This document shows positions 1-13,751 of a DNA stretch of 64,000 bases, piece after piece. The DNA lies in contig OX597822.1 in the NCBI GenBank assembly GCA_951406725.2, positions 9,858,001 to 9,922,000 on the forward strand, in the 5' to 3' direction. The notes beneath the pieces were generated by a model, which had not been told where the DNA came from, did not search any database, and saw nothing but the letters and a program-made list of their open reading frames with translations. Position 1 is the first letter of the stretch, and the number at the start of each line of letters is the position of its first letter. This DNA comes from Octopus vulgaris. Its lineage: Eukaryota. A program made the position numbers and the translations under genes.

Positions 1-11
1 TCAACCTCACT

Positions 12-55
<44 letters not shown>

Positions 56-56
56 G

Positions 57-94
<38 letters not shown>

Positions 95-355
95 TATATA
101 CATATATACATGCACACACTTACGCGCAAGCAATGAGAGGGAGAGAGGGAGAGAGAGAGAAAGAGTGAGAGTGAGTGGGGAAGTGAGAGAGGGATGGGTG
201 GTATATCCATGTTTTCTTTTATGAATGTGTATACAGCAAAAATAGCACGTCTGCCAGAGTAATAACGGGTGTATATAATAAAAGACCCATAAAATATGTT
301 GAACTACAACTACAGACGTGGTTGTTTCATACACCCCCACTATTAAACACGCACA

Positions 356-403
<48 letters not shown>

Positions 404-447
404 CATGCATGCATACATAAATATATATAAATACACACACATATATG

Positions 448-536
<89 letters not shown>

Positions 537-851
537 TAATACATACATGTATACATACGTATGTATTTCTTGTTAGAAATATGTTTTCGATTATATATTT
601 ATATACATTTATGCACTGCTGCCTACAAAAGAGTTTCGTTCCAGTGTTACGACAACACTTGTCTGATATTGTGTCAACATTACTTTACCATTTCCATAGA
701 ATTTTCTGTTATCCGTAGCATGAGATGGGGCAGTTAGATACTCAACAAGGCTAGACATCCAGCGAGATGTTTTTAACAATGTGTCTGATAAATTCTAAAC
801 AGGATTCTTTTGAGTCAAGATGTAAGGCGGGTAAGTTACTCCGATTGTATG

Positions 852-905
<54 letters not shown>

Positions 906-933
906 CACACAAACACACACACACACACACACT

Positions 934-968
<35 letters not shown>

Positions 969-1137
969 GTATGTATACACAATGTGAATATATGTATATA
1001 TATATGTATGTATAAATATATATTAATATATATAAACTTATATATGTGTGTGTATACATATACATACACACCCACGCACACACGCACATATATATGTATA
1101 CATATGCATTCCCACACACTTATCCACACACACACAC

Positions 1138-1194
<57 letters not shown>

Positions 1195-1947
1195 AGTAGA
1201 GACATTTATTTATACATACATGCGTTCGTTATCTAGCTTTGTTGAATTGAAGGATAGCGTTAGATGCGTTTCGTTGGAGAAGGCCTAGGAGGGAAGTATT
1301 GAGGAAGAGACAACGTAGCTGTTTGTGCGTGTGAAAAATAGATAAAGATATGAAAAAAGTGACAATGAACACGAGTGAAAGCGGAGAAATATGGTAGCAG
1401 ACGGTAGCAGGAGAGTGAGCTACAGAGGTTGTTAAATAACGAGAAAGAGGTAGAGGGGAAAAGTTGAGAATAATGGTGATATAAGTAAATCGGAAAAATC
1501 GATTTGCATTTATAACGCATTTTTTGCAGCTTGAACACGGAGATATTGTATAATAGAATAAGGTGTTTACATATGCGTATTACGTAAAATGTTGACTATT
1601 ACTTATAGATATATTCTATGATATAGTTTAACACTGAAACATCGAAACTTAATACTGTTAACATAGTAATATATTCACGAGTGAGTTGTATATAGAAATC
1701 AGTTTCTCTTATTTAACTGAGTGCTCAGGAATTGTGCCACCGTGGTCAGAAAACGAAGATACTCAGTTGTTGATGAAATCCCGACAAAGAATAAAATCCT
1801 ATTCGGTTAATCTCTATTTTCCTTTTGCGGGATAGACAAAGAATTTTGTCTGTTTCCACACCCAGGATTGGTTAAAATCTATAGATATATTATAGATTAC
1901 AGTGGAGCACTGAAACATAATACTGTTAATACACAAGTAATTTATTA

Positions 1948-1993
<46 letters not shown>

Positions 1994-2579
1994 GTATGTA
2001 TATGCGCATATATTTGTACACACACATAAACACACACACACTCACACACACATATATATATAAATAATTAAGGTGGCTAGACGCGTTTCCGACAATGGAG
2101 ATAACCCATCACCGCAAGTACATAAAACGTGTGCTTTTATGGCTAAAGGGTCTTTGACTATTTTTTCTAGCAATACTAGTGCTCTCTGCACCCTTGGTCA
2201 CTTTTCAGCGATTATGAATTACACACACACACACACGCACATGTATATGTGTGTGTGTGTGTGTTATTTGGTATTGTTGATCAACTTTCAGAAAACAGAA
2301 TTTATGCTGATGGTGAGAATCTTAGATATTAAATAAAATAACTCGCTTGAATAATATTTATTTAGCTGGGACATCATTTTTAACGACGTACAAAATAGTT
2401 GAATAAGCAGTTAAAAGCAGTTGAAATCCTATTCAAATACACAATCAATCAATCAACACACACACACGCATGCACACACATACACACACACACGCACACA
2501 TATATATATATATGCATGTATGCATATGTATACATATGTATATATATATATATATGTAGATCTACATACATGTATATAT

Positions 2580-2686
<107 letters not shown>

Positions 2687-2690
2687 TATA

Positions 2691-3073
2691 TGTGACTGTG
2701 TGGTAAGTAACTTGCTAACCAGCCACATGGTTCCGGGTTCAGTCCCACTGCGTGGCATCTTGGGCAAGTGTCTTCTGCTATAGCCCCGGGCCGACCAATG
2801 CCTTGTGAGTGGATTTGGTAGACGGAAACTGAAAGAAGCCTGTCGTATATATGTGTATGTATGTGTGTGTGTGTCTGTGTGTCTGTGTTTGTCCCCCTAG
2901 CATTGCTTGACAACCGATGCTGGTGTGTTTACGTCCCCGTCACTTAGCGGTTCGGCAAAAGAACCGATAGAATAAGTACTGGGCTTACAAAGAATAAGTC
3001 CCGGGGTCGATTTGCTCGACTAAAGGCGGTGCTCCAGCATGGCCGCAGTCGAATGACTGAAACAAGTAAAGAG
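2691..3073 (+). mobile_element. SINE family A (tRNA-derived, CORE-like domain, internal microsatellite, LINE-like tail)
   Basis: B-box-like GGTTCAGTCCC, CORE-like GGCATCTTGGGCAAGTG; many copies in the window. Confidence 0.9.
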
Positions 3074-3914
3074 TGTCTATGTATGTATTTATATATACGC
3101 ATATATATATATATGTATGTGTGCATGTGGGCGCGCGCGCACGCACAGAAAATGTTCGCTTAATTGTCAGCGCACACAAGACGCATCCATCCACACCTAC
3201 CGACTATCACACACGCACAATTATCTTATGATACGTGTTGTGTCTGTATTTGTGAACGTGTATATATGTATATATGCTGGTGGATATCCTTCATGCGATG
3301 ATGAGATTTCAGTTACTCGATCAACAGAATTACCTACCCCTGAATTAATGTAATCGGAATCCATGTGCCACAGTTTGTGACAATGTCGTACCATTTTTGG
3401 AATTAAAGGTACGGTCAATATGACGAACTGTTATTCAGGTTCCGTTTACCCAGTTTTAGTCATAAGTTACAGGTCAGCCTGTTATAGAGTGTAATATTTG
3501 CTCAATGTGGCCCACAATGGAATCGAATCTGGGACTCTGCGGCTGCGAAATAAACATACTGCGTCTAAACACACATACATGTATACACACACAAACACAC
3601 GGATACACACGCACACAAACACACACATAGTCATGCACACAAACACACACACAGAGGCACACATACACACATACATACACATGCACACACACACACATAT
3701 ATACACACACGTGTGCGTTTACGCGTTTGTATACATACATACATAAATATAGATGCAAAGGTAGGTATACAGTAAGTATCACATCAATGTTATGATAATT
3801 AATTAATTAAAATTATTAACACCTTAAATTAGTTTGTCTCATTTTTGATAAAAATGAATAAGCATTGTACGTGTTTTCTTTTTCGTAACTGTATATCTGC
3901 TTTTGACTTCCCTG

Positions 3915-3954
<40 letters not shown>

Positions 3955-3973
3955 CATACATACATATACATAC

Positions 3974-4062
<89 letters not shown>

Positions 4063-4067
<5 letters not shown>

Positions 4068-6700
4068 CCTTAAATCCTTAAATCCTTAAAAATGTTTTAG
4101 CCCGAAGGCCGCGGCCATGCTGGGGCACCACCGCTGAATGAGCTACACTAGTTTGTGAATCCACCTCTGATACGTGGCACTTGATCAACAAGGGAGTTCG
4201 ATGCTGCTGCCCGCATCCGTGTCTCCTGTCGTGAGGTAGGTTCATCTGGGACTCCCAACAAGAAGAGATCCAGTTTAGTTTTAAAGAAACCCACATCCAC
4301 ACTATGTAAGTCTCTCAGGCATTTAGGGAGGATGTTAAAGAGCTGTGGTCCTCTGAAACCCAAGCTGTTGAAGTATCTGGACCTGTATTTTGATGGTGAT
4401 GTTGGAATCCTTGGCACCACGCAGCGGTGCCCCGTTCTGCGGTTGGAGTAACTTTGAATGCCAAAGTTTGGGACAAGACCCTCCAGGATTTTCCAGATGT
4501 ATATCACTGCATATCTCTCCCGCCTCCGCTCCAGGGAGAAGAGGTTTAATACCTTCAGTCTTTCCCAGTAGCTGACATTTTGCATTGAGACGATTTTCTT
4601 TGTGTAGCTTCTCTGAGTTGCTTCGAGTTCTGCTGTTTGTTTTATATTGTGTGGTGACCAAAGTTGGGAGCAGTAGTCCAAGCGGCTGAGGACAAATGTT
4701 TTCCATAGGACCATCAGTGTCTCCTTCTCTCTTGTTCTGAAAGTTCGGAGAATCCATCCAGCTAGCCGTCTGCATTTTATCACCAGATTAGCAATATGCA
4801 TTTGGAAAGATGCATCATTGCTCATGTCAATGCCCAGGTCACGCACTGATTTTGACTCAGGGATTGCAATTCTTCCTGGGCCAGTGTATCCAGTCTTCAC
4901 GTCATTTACCTTTGTGTGCCAGTAGCGCAGGGCCTGGAACTTACCTGCATTAAACTGCATGTTGTTGTCCTCAGCCCACCTGTATATTGTGTCCAGCTCA
5001 TGTTGCAGATGCGCAATATTTTCAGGGTTTTGTATTGCGTGGGAGACTTTTGTGTCATCTGCATAGCTAGCAAGGGTGGTCATCGTAGCAACTGAAGGCA
5101 TGTCTGAAAGGGCCACTATGAACATCAGTGGCCCCAAGACAGTGCCCTGTGGGACACCGCTTGTTATTTGCGTTTCCCTGGAGGTGGCTCCATTGATCAC
5201 AACTGCCTGTTTTCTGTCTTTTAGGAAGTTGTGCAGCCACTCTCCAAGTTTCCCGCCTATGCCGAGACCACGCAGTTTGTGACAGATCATACCATGGTCG
5301 ACTTTATCAAAGGCTTTTGCAAAGTCAAGATATATTACATCCACATTTGAGCCATTTAGTAGCTGTTTCAACACCCAGTCATAGTGTTGCAGGAGCTGTG
5401 TTAGGCAGCCTCTACCTGGTCGAAATCCATGCTGGGTGTCAGACAGTAAGTCATTTTCTTCAAGGAACATGATTAGTTTCTTACGGACTATTCGTTCCAT
5501 GACTTTGCTGATGTGTGAGGTCAGAGAGATAGGCCTATAATTTTTAGCATCTGCTCTGCTACCTCCCTTATGGATAGGGCATATTACCCCCTCTTTCAGT
5601 TTGACTGGGAGCTTACCACTTGCAAGAAAGCTCTGAAAAAGAAGCTGTAGCGGTTTTGCAAGGGCTCGTTTGCACGATTTGAGAAGGATCGCTGAGAATC
5701 CATCAGGTCCAGCAGCTGAGTTTGTGTCAATCTCATCAATGGCTAGTGTGATATCATCTTCTTCGATGTTGATGTACTCAATTTTTGTCTCTTTGGCCGC
5801 TGGTAAAGTGGCAAAGAATTCTTCTGGGTTGTTTACTTGCCTGTGTCCTAGAGGTGTAGTGAACACACTTTGGAACTGTTCGTTCAGTATTTCACTTATC
5901 CTCGTGGGATTTCCTGTGAGAGAGCCATCTTTTTGGAAGAGAGGTCCTATTCTCTGGTGCACTGTGGCTGTCTCTTTGGCAAACTTAAAGAAAGCTTTAG
6001 GGTTTGATTTTATATTTTCTATTACCCAAGCTTCTTTATCTGCTCTCTCCTTTTCATGGGACTGATGTAGACTTTTCTCAGTTTCCATTAGCATTCTTTC
6101 GAGCCGAGACTTCTCACCACTTTTGGTGTGCTTGCTCAGGCGGTTTGCAATCCTTGTCCGTCGTCTCATAAGAATCCTCCTTTCTCTAGGGATCCTGTTT
6201 TTGTTCTTGTGTGTGCTGGCCCTGCACATTGGGACATATTTGTCACATATGGCTTGTATTATGGACATGAAGTGTTTGTGTTTCATGTTTATGTCCGGTG
6301 TGGAGAGACATTCAGGCCAATCCTGTTTGAGGATCTCTTTCTCAATCGACTTCCAGTTGGCTTTATGAAAGTTTAAGTTGGAGAGATGGTGGGTGCTTCG
6401 TATAGGCTGTGTGTCTGCGGGGGCTTTTGTTCCATACATAGACAGCTCTATTATGTTGTGATCCGAGATCATTGTCGGCATCACATTAACATTATGGATA
6501 ATATCCATATTGTTTGTGAAGCAGAGATCCAGTATATTATCTGCCCTTGTTGGTTGCAGAACTATTTGCTCCATGAAAGAGGTATTTGTGAGATGGAGCA
6601 GGGACTCCACCTGTGCCTGTTGATGGTGTGTCATCCCTGGGAGCATCTGCCCCCCAGGCCATTCCACATTGGGGAGGTTAAAGTCACCCATGAAGAATAC
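4063..6700 (-). mobile_element. 5'-truncated non-LTR retrotransposon (LINE, CR1/L2 group) inserted in a (TA)n array
   Basis: Continuous ORF2, short 3' UTR with stem-loop and (AAGGATTT)n tail at 4063-4090; (TA)n on both sides. Clade assigned from recalled motifs only. Confidence 0.93.
4148..6700 (-). CDS. LINE ORF2: C-terminal part of AP endonuclease plus reverse transcriptase (~850 aa, no internal stops)
   Basis: [15 protein letters not shown] and SDH (APE); [46 protein letters not shown] and YADD (RT). The first ~60 aa of the listed 910-aa ORF are (TA)n read-through. Confidence 0.95.
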   Translation of the reverse strand, partial: VFFMGDFNLPNVEWPGGQMLPGMTHHQQAQVESLLHLTNTSFMEQIVLQPTRADNILDLCFTNNMDIIHNVNVMPTMISDHNIIELSMYGTKAPADTQPIRSTHHLSNLNFHKANWKSIEKEILKQDWPECLSTPDINMKHKHFMSIIQAICDKYVPMCRASTHKNKNRIPRERRILMRRRTRIANRLSKHTKSGEKSRLERMLMETEKSLHQSHEKERADKEAWVIENIKSNPKAFFKFAKETATVHQRIGPLFQKDGSLTGNPTRISEILNEQFQSVFTTPLGHRQVNNPEEFFATLPAAKETKIEYINIEEDDITLAIDEIDTNSAAGPDGFSAILLKSCKRALAKPLQLLFQSFLASGKLPVKLKEGVICPIHKGGSRADAKNYRPISLTSHISKVMERIVRKKLIMFLEENDLLSDTQHGFRPGRGCLTQLLQHYDWVLKQLLNGSNVDVIYLDFAKAFDKVDHGMICHKLRGLGIGGKLGEWLHNFLKDRKQAVVINGATSRETQITSGVPQGTVLGPLMFIVALSDMPSVATMTTLASYADDTKVSHAIQNPENIAHLQHELDTIYRWAEDNNMQFNAGKFQALRYWHTKVNDVKTGYTGPGRIAIPESKSVRDLGIDMSNDASFQMHIANLVIKCRRLAGWILRTFRTREKETLMVLWKTFVLSRLDYCSQLWSPHNIKQTAELEATQRSYTKKIVSMQNVSYWERLKVLNLFSLERRRERYAVIYIWKILEGLVPNFGIQSYSNRRTGHRCVVPRIPTSPSKYRSRYFNSLGFRGPQLFNILPKCLRDLHSVDVGFFKTKLDLFLLGVPDEPTSRQETRMRAAASNSLVDQVPRIRGGFTN

Positions 6701-6758
6701 AAATGTATATGTATATAAATATATATATATAAATGTATATATATATATATATACACAC

Positions 6759-6855
<97 letters not shown>

Positions 6856-7801
6856 CATTTATATATAAATATGAATGCATGAATATATATATATACTCAC
6901 ATAAAAAATATATATATCATACTGGATGCGTGTGTATATATACGTATATATATGTATGTATGTACATACACACACACACATATATATATATATATACATC
7001 CCTATATATACGTATATATACACACGCATGCAGTATGATATATATATTCATGCATACGTATTTATATATAAGTGCATTTATTTATGTACGTATTTGTGTG
7101 TATGAATGTAAGTATGTATACGAGCAACATATAACTAGGCGAAAAATACATTTACGTATGTTTACATATGGTGCAACTTTGCAAGCATTGTTCCAAGTGA
7201 TAGACAAACCTTTGAACAATATCTCTCCTCATGGCCCCCACTTGGTATAAGCCGCCCTACAGCAGACAAATTGATGTCTCTTAATAGCAAAAACTAACAA
7301 AGCGTAGGAAAATAATTGGTTATTTTTCCTCAAATACTTAGCGTATCATTCTGAAACAACGCAACACACTCGAAGGATGCCGGAGAAACAATTGCTTGGC
7401 ATATGTTTCCCTATCTCCCTCACGATGAACCATAATTTGTTCTCTGATGTAGGCGTGATAATTGATATTTCTCTGATAATATTCATAATTTTATGCGTGT
7501 GAAGGAAGTGGAAGTTCTCTTTATAATCATGCTCAACCGGGTTCAGTTTCTCCGTGCAGTACCTTTGAACAAAGCATTCTATCATACTCTCGAGTCGATG
7601 AAAACGGTGAGACGAAAATGGTGTGAGCGTAAGCTCATCGGACAGACGAGTGCTGGTGGGGGGTGGGGGATAAACTCAAAGACGCACATACACATACTTT
7701 CATACATGCGTACATACATACATACATACATACATACGTACATGACTGACTTCCACAATTTCAGTCTACCAAATTCACTTATAACCCATGTATGTATGTA
7801 A

Positions 7802-7832
<31 letters not shown>

Positions 7833-8177
7833 TGTATGTATGTATGTATGTATGTATGTATGTTTGTATGTATGTATGTATGTATGTATGTATGTATGTA
7901 TGTATATGTATATATATATATACATACAAATACACACACATACACTCATATATATATCATTTAATCTATACTTTATTTAAAAATGATTGACTAGTTTCAT
8001 GCCGTGGAATCACGACAAACCGGCACATTATCGTGTCTGCATTGGCACTAAATTATTCGTAGCTCTTATTTCAATAATGCGTGTATTAATGACATTTATC
8101 TCTCAGTGGATGAAATACATTTTTGTTGCTCTTACATATAATGGAATAGAAAACTATGCTCATACACACGTATACAC

Positions 8178-8225
<48 letters not shown>

Positions 8226-8304
8226 ATGATACTACGCATTGAGACTGAACCCAGAACCATGTGATGAGGAAGCAAGCACCTTGCCACACAGCCGTATCTG
8301 TGCC

Positions 8305-8337
<33 letters not shown>

Positions 8338-8368
8338 CTATACAATATGTTACATTACTCGGTAGTCA

Positions 8369-8431
8369 AGATAAAACTCTGAGTTTCAGATGCCGAAGTG
8401 GAAATCCACAACACCATCTCTTCGGTTATCT
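8369..8431 (-). ncRNA. Mirror copy of the PLE hammerhead-like motif
   Basis: Reverse complement of 9875-9937 within the left inverted arm. Confidence 0.7.
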
Positions 8432-8626
8432 GGCTATTTGAAAACGTTATGAAAAAATACCGTTAAAAATGAAGGGAAATTACTCTGTTATAACTCTGCT
8501 TTGCCTGCGTACTTATACATCGCTCGCATTTTTCGTCATAAAAATTATATAAAAATACATAAAAAATATATAAAAATATATAAAAATATATAAAATCTTC
8601 TTGGGACATAACACAGAAAGCATGTT

Positions 8627-9400
8627 CTATCCGTTTTCTTTAGGGGACCAAAAACGTAACAGAAATTTAGTCACATGTGGGCATGATCCGAAAAGTTCTG
8701 TCCTTGTATTTAGACATGTGGTAGGGTCTAAGCTGCTTTTCCAGATAAGCCATCTCTCCATGTCGCATAAACCGCACCTTCCGCTGCCGTTAGTATAGGG
8801 CTTACATCTGGCCAAAATCTTCCATTGTATGTTATAATCGACACCTTTATCTCTTAAAGACCAAATATGATTGGATAATTGTGTCGCTTTTCTTTTGTTC
8901 CAGTGCCTAAAGCTCAAAGTGTGGTTATTGAACCTGGTCTTGAAATTACCCTCTGTCAGGCCCACGTATTTCTTCGTCAAAACGGTGTCTTTAGTGGTTA
9001 TAGAGTTTACGGTAGCCTCATATATGATGGTCTTGGACATGCAAGCTCCATTTAGCGGGCACAATTCTTTATTCCTGCATGAACAGCTGTTTTCTTCTTG
9101 TGTTTTTTGTATGTTATGATTGATTATGTTTTTAAAATTGGTAGTTGAACTAAAACTAATTTTTAAATTGTGTCTATTGAAGAGTTTCCTATAAGCATGG
9201 TTAACTGGAAAATGTCTATCTATCAGTGCTAGGAAATATTTACCTATATTGAAGGCCACCTCGGGTGAGTAAGGGGGCGTAAACCAGATGACCTTCCTAT
9301 TTCTATTATTCCTTTTCCTTATTGTTGGGCTGGTGATAGGTGTATATTTTATTTTTTCGCTAAAACCACTATCTTTTAAAGCTTTATTATAAACTGGGGC
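8627..9400 (-). CDS. PLE ORF C-terminus: linker plus GIY-YIG endonuclease with Cys/His motifs (Naiad-like, tentative)
   Basis: KVIWFTPPYS; CSC...CPLNGAC; IIYEA...YVGLT...FKTRFNNH; RCGLC..E; LNTRTE...CPH. The first ~9 aa of the listed ORF come from the inversion junction. Confidence 0.88.
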   Translation of the reverse strand, partial: APVYNKALKDSGFSEKIKYTPITSPTIRKRNNRNRKVIWFTPPYSPEVAFNIGKYFLALIDRHFPVNHAYRKLFNRHNLKISFSSTTNFKNIINHNIQKTQEENSCSCRNKELCPLNGACMSKTIIYEATVNSITTKDTVLTKKYVGLTEGNFKTRFNNHTLSFRHWNKRKATQLSNHIWSLRDKGVDYNIQWKILARCKPYTNGSGRCGLCDMERWLIWKSSLDPTTCLNTRTELFGSCPHVTKFLLRFWSPKENG

Positions 9401-9874
9401 AACTGGAACAAAAGAAAAGCGACACAATTATCCAATCATATTTGGTCTTTAAGAGATAAAGGTGTCGATTATAACATACAATGGAAGATTTTGGCCAGAT
9501 GTAAGCCCTATACTAACGGCAGCGGAAGGTGCGGTTTATGCGACATGGAGAGATGGCTTATCTGGAAAAGCAGCTTAGACCCTACCACATGTCTAAATAC
9601 AAGGACAGAACTTTTCGGATCATGCCCACATGTGACTAAATTTCTGTTACGTTTTTGGTCCCCTAAAGAAAACGGATAGAACATGCTTTCTGTGTTATGT
9701 CCCAAGAAGATTTTATATATTTTTATATATTTTTATATATTTTTTATGTATTTTTATATAATTTTTATGACGAAAAATGCGAGCGATGTATAAGTACGCA
9801 GGCAAAGCAGAGTTATAACAGAGTAATTTCCCTTCATTTTTAACGGTATTTTTTCATAACGTTTTCAAATAGCC

Positions 9875-9937
9875 AGATAACCGAAGAGATGGTGTTGTGG
9901 ATTTCCACTTCGGCATCTGAAACTCAGAGTTTTATCT
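9875..9937 (+). ncRNA. Hammerhead-like motif in PLE pseudo-LTR (U4C core variant)
   Basis: AGATAA-CCGAAGA-GATG...CATC-T-GAA-ACTC.A.GAGT-T-TTATCT; 6-bp stem I, palindromic stem III, one extra nt before GAAA. Confidence 0.7.
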
Positions 9938-10033
9938 TGACTACCGAGTAATGTAACATATTGTATAGATAAATTTCCTCTATTTACATAATATTGAGGT
10001 CTCTTTCTTTCTTTTGTTATCTTACCGTTTTAT

Positions 10034-10079
<46 letters not shown>

Positions 10080-10508
10080 GCACTCACATTGTACACACAC
10101 AACCTCGTTATGATTGTCTTTCGATTTTGATGACGGCTATATTTTCAAATTTGGATCCTTTGCTTAGAATACTTCTGAAAGTGCAGCTGCAGTAAAGAAA
10201 ATGCAACTTTGTCGTCTATCCTACATCTATGGTATGCTATCAAGAGCGAGAATTCAACTTCAGCGGTGGTACTTCACCGTCGCAAACGCACGACTCCGAC
10301 GCAATGACAATGGTAAGATCTGAGATCCAGGATTCATAATGCACATTGCAGGAAAAGATACCTGCATATTGAAGATTTATGGTGTAGCTACAGTGCATAT
10401 TTCCTAGTGAGTATTTGTGTGTGTGTGTGTGGATGTACATTCATGTGTGTATACACAAGTGTATATAGGCTTATGTATAGATAGTAGGTGTTTGTATATA
10501 GATATATA

Positions 10509-11530
10509 TCAGGTCATTAAGAATGCAATGTCCGATTTTGAACTGAAAGTTTATTTTACTTTATCTCAACAAAAAGCAACGCAGATAATCAAAATATCAA
10601 CACAATTTTGCCGTTTTGTCGGTAGCTTATTCATGCCGGCAGCGAAGAATTCTGGAGAGCAAAAGGTAATGAAATTACAAAAGGCTGTTTTTGCGTCTTC
10701 TTCAGATTTGAAGTTTTTTTCGTTGCAAAAAGTTGTCTAAAACCTGGAAAACGTGATAGTCAGTCGGTACAAGGTGTGGTGAATATGGTAGATGACAGAG
10801 TACTTCCACGTTCAGTTCTTGTAACACGAGTAGCGTTCTTTGTGCAGCATGTGGTCGATTATTGTCTTGCAAGGGAATTGGCCTGTCTCTATTGACCAAT
10901 CTCGGTTGTTTAATTGCAAGTTCACTCATCATTTCATCCAAATGGTTGATGTATACATCCGCTGTAATTGACTTATCGGGTCTCATGAATCAATAATGGA
11001 TGACACCAGCGATGCTTTATCACTGCGTCTCTATCCAACCACCATAGGGAACGCTTGCTATTGAAAAGAATCCATTTTTCATCACACGTAACAATACGAT
11101 GCGAAAACGGTTCGCTTTTACGCCGTGACAGCAAAGAACAACATGTTTCAAGACAATGTGTCATTTGACGCTCGTTCAGTTCGTGTGGTGCCCACTTATC
11201 CAGCTTCTTTATAATGCCGATTTGTTTCTGATGGTCCAATACAGTTGGAATCGAAACATCAAACCTTGCTGCTAACTCACGCGTAGTTTCAGATGTATCA
11301 GCTTCCACTATATTTTCCAGCTCCTTATTATCCACCTCAGTCTCAGGTCTACCACAGGGTTGATTTTCAAGAGTAAAGTCACCAGACGGAAAATTCTCAA
11401 ACCGACGGCGTACAGTGGGCTCATTCGTCACATCTTCACCAAACACCTCATTGATGTTTTGAGCTGTCTGTGATTGGTTCCACGAAGGAACTCATATTCA
11501 TAAACGACAGGATTTTTAAATCTATCCATG
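10509..11530 (-). mobile_element. Degenerate mariner (DD34D-type) transposon
   Basis: Frameshifted ORFs 10973-11446 and 10702-10986 with WAPHEL, IVTCDEKW, LQDNNRPH and HLPYSPHLVPTDYHVF. Confidence 0.9.
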
Positions 11531-11676
11531 AATTCACAAAGAAGAGCCGGTTTCTAACCTAGATCCAAGGCTCCGTTTCAACATCAACAACAGGGTCTTT
11601 TTGCTTGTTTGTATTTTTTTTTTTTTGCACTTGTTTCAGTCATTTGACTGCGGCCATGCTGGAGCACCGCCTTTTA

Positions 11677-11846
11677 GAGTGGTGAAAGAGTACAGCAGGG
11701 ATCACCACCTCCTGCCGGAGCCTCGTGGAGCTTTTAGGTGTTTTTTTCGCTCAATAAACACACACAACGCCCGGTCTGGGAATCGAAACCGCGATCCTCC
11801 GACCGCAAGTCCGCTGCCCTAACCACTAGGCCATTGCGCCTCCACA
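11677..11846 (-). mobile_element. Third tRNA-headed SINE fragment
   Basis: GGCGCAATGGCCTAGTGGTTAGGGC (A box) and GGTTTCGATTCCC (B box). Confidence 0.65.
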
Positions 11847-11858
11847 TGTATGTATGTA

Positions 11859-12267
11859 CTCTTTACTCTTTTACTTGTTTCAGTCATTTGACTGCGACCA
11901 TGCTGGAGCACTGCCTTTAGTCGAGCAAATCGACCCCGGGACTTATTCTTTGTAAGCCCAGTACTTATTCTATCGGTCTCTTTAACCGAACCGCTAAGTG
12001 ACGGGGACGTAAACACACCAGCATCGGTTGTCAAGCAATGCTGGGGGGACAAACACAGACACACAAACATATACACACACACATATATATATATACATAT
12101 ATACGACAGGCTTCTTTCAGTTTCCGTCTACCAAATCCACTCACAAGGCATTGGTCGGCCCGGGGCTATAGCAGAAGACACTTGCCCAAGATGCCACGCA
12201 GTGGGACTGAACCCGGAACCATGTGGTTGGTTAGCAAGCTACTTACCACACAGCCACTCCTGCGCCT
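11859..12267 (-). mobile_element. SINE family A, full length
   Basis: Matches the other copies head to tail. Confidence 0.9.
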
Positions 12268-12304
12268 ATGTATGTATGCATATCTAGGCATGCTCATATA
12301 TATC

Positions 12305-12487
12305 TAAATGATAAACTTCTGTAATTCTTACATATTTTTACAGTTCCAGTGATGGATAAGATCTGTAGTCTTCGAATTAGCATTCTCCATTCTAGTTTTG
12401 AGAAGCCTAATTTCTCAAGATTGGTATTTAGGCAGTGTGTTACATATCCCAAGACCCCAATAATTACAGGTATAAACGTGAACTTTT
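12305..12487 (-). mobile_element. 3' fragment of an RLE-type (R2/R4-group) non-LTR retrotransposon
   Basis: Manual translation KFTFIPVIIGVLGYVTHCLNTNLEKLGF...LQILSITGTVKIC resembles the C-terminus following the restriction-like endonuclease (PIVIGALG...LQK...GT). Confidence 0.55.
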
Positions 12488-13558
12488 ATGTATGTGTGTG
12501 TGTATGTATTTAAGGATGTGTGTATGCATGAAATGACGTAATAACAATTTTGCTCAGTTCCACAATTTTTAAGTTTCGTGCGCATAGAATACGTTCACAT
12601 CATCAGATGTTTCGTTCACTCTCTCTTTCTCTCTCTCTCTTACACGTAGACACACACACACATATGTACATATTCATACACACACATGTATGATGTTTCT
12701 ATATACTGATAAAATGAAAACAAATGAGAAGGAAAATCATACAAAAATGCACCGAATTACACAAAAGATATATCGATATATCAACGACGACTCCACCGCC
12801 ATTAACCGCAACTTCTCACTTTACTCCCACCTCTGTTCCTCTCTCCCTCCCTAACCATTACCAATATGAAGAATTTATTCCTGAAAGACTATGTACAGTA
12901 GACTAGAGACCAGTGACCCATCACTAAATCTGCTGGATAAGTTCCCAGTATTATGAGGTATAGCTTTCACTGCAATGTATTCCGATTTTATATTTAAGCC
13001 GACTATCATCAACTCCACTTTTACCAAAGACTTCCTAGACTTTTAATTCCATTTCCTAAAATATTCCTTAAATTTGTTTGATTGTTTTCATGTTGATTTT
13101 TTAAAAAGTTTATTGTTATTTTTAAAATTCTAGCTTTCTATATTTTTTTTTGGGGGGGGGATGAATTTTATTCGCTTGTTTCTTCTTTTTTTCCTCGTTA
13201 TTTTTCTTAAATAGCTTTGTCCACTCAACATTTTATTGTTGCGTGTATAAATGTCTTTGCATGTGCGTGTGTGTGTGTGTTCTATTTCTTTTGGTAGGAT
13301 TTGTAACATATATGTAAGATTATATCCATACATGCACACATATGTTTGCATGTATATGTATGCATGGTCATATACACATACTTGTACATACATACACACA
13401 TACAATTATATGTATGTATATATTCTCTTTCTTTCTTTCTTTCTTTCTCTGTCTCTATCTCTACATACACATTTATATATCAAAATATATATGCATATAT
13501 ATGTTGAGAGATAGATACATATAGATATAAACACAAACGCGTATCTACACATATAAGC

Positions 13559-13619
<61 letters not shown>

Positions 13620-13674
13620 TATACATATATATATATATACATATACATATACATATATACATATACATATATAC

Positions 13675-13751
<77 letters not shown>

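Larger units (their letters stand above)
8336..10037. mobile_element. Penelope-like element (PLE) fragment with inverted pseudo-LTRs
   Basis: 569-bp inverted arms 8336-8904 and 9402-9970; the plus copy has an extra ~67-bp tail; GIY-YIG ORF; (TA)n on both flanks. Confidence 0.9.

Noticed and set aside
2070-2215. GAAACGCGTC half-site with distant CTGAAAA on the minus strand
   Set aside because: C3-A8 mismatch and no clear stem I; too degenerate to call.
7346-7585. ORF containing LNPVEH, reminiscent of Tc1 DLNPIE
   Set aside because: Single short motif, no TIRs identified.
9760-9830. Possible SECIS in the PLE 3' UTR (some Naiad elements encode selenoproteins)
   Set aside because: No in-frame TGA in the visible ORF and no convincing SECIS helix after the ATGA.
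11770-11846. Possible tRNA gene
   Set aside because: A and B boxes run into SINE body sequence and the acceptor stem is incomplete.
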